From NCBI GenBank assembly GCA_030167145.1, contig CP126532.1:2280001-2312000 (forward strand): a stretch of DNA of 32,000 nt. The letters run 5' to 3'. Each line of letters begins with the position of its first letter. The first letter of the stretch is position 1. The stretch comes from Ktedonobacterales bacterium (GTDB taxonomy: Bacteria; Chloroflexota; Ktedonobacteria; Ktedonobacterales; JADMIN01). A program made the translations under genes and the position numbers. Positions 29,146-32,000 of the stretch are shown one piece after another. The notes below the pieces were generated by a model, which did not search any database, was not told where the DNA came from, and was given only the letters and a program-made list of their open reading frames with translations.

Positions 29146-29742
29146 TTATTGTGGAAGCGGGCGGGGGAAATCGGGCAGTTCGCTCAGCCGCTGGATCTGG
29201 GTCCAGTGGTCGAGGTCGTGGGTGATGGCGAGCAGTACCCAGCCGCGCAGGCTCAGGTTGCCAAAGAAGGTCGAATCGCGCTGGGCGGTGAGGTCGGCGT
29301 CGGGCGGAATGCTGGCGATGAAATGGAGCAGGCGCTCGGTGGCGGCGGCAAGATCGGGGGCCAGTTCGTCCTGGGGGACATCCTGGCGGGCGTGGTCGCC
29401 GAGGCCACGGGGCATGAGATCGAAGTGTTCGCGCTGGCCGATCAGGCGGCCCATGTGGAGCAGATACCAGTTTTCGGTGGCGATGAGGTGGGTGATGACT
29501 TCGGTGGCCGACCAGCGATCTTCGTCGCTGCCGACAGCGACCGTGGCATCAAACGGCGGGCGGATGAGCAGTTGCTCTTGCGTCCAGTCCGCCGCAATCG
29601 CCTGGAGCATGCCGCGGGTCATCCGCAACGCGCTGGCCAGTTCGGCAAGAGTATAGTGTGTCGCCTCAGATTCGATGGTGGTTTCCTGGCGCCCCAGACG
29701 GCGGCGATAGTCTCGCAGCGCGTCGTAGGTCAATTCCCCCAT
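29146..29742 (-). CDS. DinB-family (DinB/YfiT-like four-helix bundle) protein; not DNA polymerase IV
   Basis: ATG 29742 with AAGGGAG 7 nt upstream. Contains WSATEVITHL and ITHDLDHWTQI His motifs spaced as in the DinB_2 metal triad. Confidence 0.7.
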   Translation of the reverse strand: MGELTYDALRDYRRRLGRQETTIESEATHYTLAELASALRMTRGMLQAIAADWTQEQLLIRPPFDATVAVGSDEDRWSATEVITHLIATENWYLLHMGRLIGQREHFDLMPRGLGDHARQDVPQDELAPDLAAATERLLHFIASIPPDADLTAQRDSTFFGNLSLRGWVLLAITHDLDHWTQIQRLSELPDFPRPLPQ

Positions 29743-29902
29743 AGTTTGCTCCCTTCTGGCACAGCTCTGGCATGGCGTTTGTGGCGGTGACGCCCGCATC
29801 TTCAAGGCAATGGTATCATGTAGAAGGCGATGGCCGCACATCACGCGGATCTGCGCGGTTCGGCGTGTGTTCTTTTCAGTTGGGAATTGTCGCGGAGATA
29901 GT

Positions 29903-30145
29903 ATGCTCGATCAATTGCGGGGGCGCAATCTGGCGCATGTTGGCTGTACGCTCGGCTTGTTGTGCGGACTGGTTCTCGGTATGTTTGGCGCGATTGCCAT
30001 CGTGACGTTCATTGCCACGGCGTCGGCGGTGAACTGGGCGACGGCGACATTCTTCATCGTCACGTTCGCCCTTGGCGCGCTCGGCTACTGGCTGGGGGGG
30101 CGGTATTCGCGGCGGCGCTGGGGAACCGATGATACTGTCGAATAG
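29903..30145 (+). CDS. Small membrane protein (2 TM), hypothetical
   Basis: ATG 29903 with GGAGA 5 nt upstream. Two clear hydrophobic helices followed by a basic tail (RYSRRRW). Confidence 0.5.
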   Translation: MLDQLRGRNLAHVGCTLGLLCGLVLGMFGAIAIVTFIATASAVNWATATFFIVTFALGALGYWLGGRYSRRRWGTDDTVE

Positions 30146-30253
30146 GCGCGTCCGTCACCTATGCGTCAACCACAACGCACCCTGTACGTATCTCTCAGCA
30201 GGGGTGGTTTGTACAAGGTATTCGTACCACTCACATGAGAAAGAGAGCGTCCG

Positions 30254-30652
30254 ATGAGCCAGCCGTATCAGCCACAACAGACCGCGACCGCTTACGCGCC
30301 GCAGCAGGTGCGCGCCTTCGACCATAGCCAGGTGACGGCGGCATTCGAGTTGCCGGGCCGCAAGATTGTCGCGAATTATGGGATTGTGCGAGGGATTATT
30401 GTGCGCTCGCGCAATCTCTTCGGGCAGATCGGCGCGGGGTTCCAGACGCTCTTCGGTGGGAATATCTCACTGTATACCCAACTCTGTGAACGCGCACGGC
30501 TTGATGCCTACGAACTGATGATCCAGCATGCGGCGGAGTTGGGTGCGAATGCGGTTATCTGCGTCCGCTATGATGCGACGGAGATCGCCGCTGGGGTCAC
30601 GGAGGTGCTGTGCTACGGGACGGCGGTTACGGTGGCGCCCGCGGATGCCTGA
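30254..30652 (+). CDS. YbjQ/UPF0145 (DUF74) family protein with Q/P-rich N-terminal extension
   Basis: GIVRGIIVRSRNLFGQIGAGFQTLFGG...Y..L..AR..A...M...A.ELGANAVICVRYD matches the YbjQ family pattern. Confidence 0.8.
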   Translation: MSQPYQPQQTATAYAPQQVRAFDHSQVTAAFELPGRKIVANYGIVRGIIVRSRNLFGQIGAGFQTLFGGNISLYTQLCERARLDAYELMIQHAAELGANAVICVRYDATEIAAGVTEVLCYGTAVTVAPADA

Positions 30653-30678
30653 GACGGGCGCGAGGACGCTGACCGGAT

Positions 30679-31464
30679 TCAGAACGCCTCAGCAGAGGGC
30701 GCGGCATAGCTGGAGATGACGAGGATGCCGCGCGCCAAGAGCGCTGAGGCGATTCCGACGACCTGGTTCTCAGGGAGGTCGGACAGCTCGCGCGCGATGG
30801 CCCAGAGTGGCGCGCGGCCATTGACCGAGGCGAGCAGTTTCCACTCCTCGCGCTGAAGCTGAATGGGGATGGGGCTGGCGGGGTCCACATCGGAGAAGGT
30901 GAGCACAGCCTCCGGCCCCAACGAAGCCGCTTCACGGCCACGCGGCGACTGGCCGAGCATGGGCTGTGATGCCGGCGCGGGCTGACCGCCCGCATGGAGC
31001 GCGCGGGCGACGACGGCGCCAACGGGCAGGGGCAATGAGACGCGCTCAGGCGGTGGGGGAGTGCCATCCTGGAAGGCGAAGTCGCCATCGGGCCAGGAGA
31101 GCAGCGTACCCAGCAAGCTGACCGCATCATCCAGGAGGAAGGCGCGCAGGTGATCTTGCGATAGGAAACCCGCGCGCAGAAGCGCCTGCACTGCCTGGAC
31201 ATCTGGAATGGAGCCAACCTGGGCGAAGGGGACACGTAAGACCGACTCGATCTGTTCGGGCGGCAGATAGCCGAGACGGGCGAGCTGGCGCGCGATTGGG
31301 AACGAGGCGCCGACGCGGTCGCCGAGGAGCCATTGCCCCTGGCCGAAGTAGATCTCCGCTTGTTTATCGTGCAGGACGACCAGCACGCCGGTGAGCCGAT
31401 TGACTTCGATGACGCGCAATACATCGGGCAACGGATGTTGCCGCAGATTTCCAGACAGAGGCAT
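30679..31464 (-). CDS. DUF4388 (PATAN-type) domain protein
   Basis: ATG 31464 with GGGAGA 7 nt upstream. The N-terminus SGNLRQHPLPDVLRVIEVNRLTGVLVVLHDKQAEIYFGQGQWL is the DUF4388 signature. Confidence 0.72.
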   Translation of the reverse strand: MPLSGNLRQHPLPDVLRVIEVNRLTGVLVVLHDKQAEIYFGQGQWLLGDRVGASFPIARQLARLGYLPPEQIESVLRVPFAQVGSIPDVQAVQALLRAGFLSQDHLRAFLLDDAVSLLGTLLSWPDGDFAFQDGTPPPPERVSLPLPVGAVVARALHAGGQPAPASQPMLGQSPRGREAASLGPEAVLTFSDVDPASPIPIQLQREEWKLLASVNGRAPLWAIARELSDLPENQVVGIASALLARGILVISSYAAPSAEAF

Positions 31465-31754
31465 CCTGAATCTCCCGACGAGTAACAGTGGGCCGTGCGC
31501 GCTACGTCGCTGGTCGCTGTTCGCCAGTATACACCATCGCGGTGAGCAGAAGAAATGGCGTATGGGCGAGATGACGCGCGGACTCCTACATAATAGTCTA
31601 CCGCAGGGAGTCACCTGGATCAGTTCTATGGTGCAACCTGGATGGGCGTGAATACAGTACAATCTTGTGCATGTCACGGTGGGGTCACGAACCCAAATGA
31701 TGTGCGGATGCAGGTTATTCCCCGGCGCACGGGTGGAATCAGGATACGACTGAC

Positions 31755-32000
31755 GTGGTGAAGGTTAACGGTGGTCTGGGAAAGGCGGGCGAAGCAGAGC
31801 AGCCAGCGGCGACGGCGCATGCTGCCATGACAGGCGCACACGATACACACGATACACACGATATGCACGACACGGCGAATGATACGGGGGCGCGGGCAAC
31901 GGTTGCGCTGCCGGATGCGGCAAGGGATGAGCACGATGCGTATGCGGCTTTGCGCTACCCCGATTTCCGGCGGCTGCTGGTGGGGAGATTTCTGGGGACG
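31755..32000 (+). CDS. Probable MFS transporter, N-terminal fragment (runs off window)
   Basis: Frame is open from 31701 to the window end and was not in the supplied ORF track because it has no stop. It ends in LRYPDFRRLLVGRFLGT, a typical MFS N-terminal motif. Start is uncertain (GTG 31755/31758, ATG 31827 or 31863). Contains an (HDT)n 9-bp repeat at 31838-31873. Confidence 0.4.
   Translation, partial: MVKVNGGLGKAGEAEQPAATAHAAMTGAHDTHDTHDMHDTANDTGARATVALPDAARDEHDAYAALRYPDFRRLLVGRFLGT

Noticed and set aside
31838-31873. 9-bp tandem repeat CACGATACA x4 as a regulatory element
   Set aside because: It lies within the open frame of the probable MFS N-terminus and encodes (HDT)n. It is most simply a slippage-generated low-complexity coding repeat, and its significance depends on which start codon is used.
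1-32000. Prophage, ICE, plasmid or genomic-island interpretation of the window
   Set aside because: There is no integrase, transposase, tRNA attachment site, phage structural gene or conjugation gene. Housekeeping genes (rpsU, moeA) are interspersed. Only the TA module and the repeat locus hint at past mobile DNA.

Overview
This is a GC-rich chromosomal window, Chloroflexota/Actinomycetota-like by gene content (F420/DUF385 enzyme, PIG-V-like mannosyltransferase, DUF4388, DUF4386); taxonomy cannot be fixed from sequence alone. I support about 31 protein-coding genes. I found no rRNA, tRNA, CRISPR array, transposase or integrase. The coding content is a mix of housekeeping genes (rpsU, moeA, NUDIX, HAD) and accessory genes. 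The accessory set includes a TetR-controlled ABC-2 exporter operon ending in a deazaflavin-dependent (DUF385) enzyme, a GAF-PAS-PAS histidine kinase, an orphan CheY-like receiver, a secreted beta-helix protein, a DHA2 MFS pump and a mazEF-like toxin-antitoxin pair. Several items relate to DNA damage. These are a DinD homologue flanked by three copies of a private palindrome, one perfect Cheo-type LexA box (TAGAACATATGTTCTA) upstream of the mazEF-like module, and a DinB-fold protein. The fourth such item is the most unusual feature. It is a single 1293-aa ORF fusing an intact ImmA/IrrE (COG2856, HEIGH) metallopeptidase module to a complete UvrD-type SF1 helicase and a C-terminal 4-Cys Cas4/AddB-like nuclease module, followed by a small 6-Cys protein. 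The non-coding DNA is also structured. It contains a ~600-bp repeat-dense locus built from 9-bp GTTGCCGAT iteron-like units, a dispersed REP-like hairpin family (CCYAACCCCCNNCCCCTTCCCT-N3-AGGGAAGGGG), a perfect 41-bp tandem duplication, 19-bp GC-rich tandem repeats nested in a 16-bp inverted repeat, and a duplicated 18-bp operator flanking tetR. All functional calls rest on motif recognition by eye. No database search was run.
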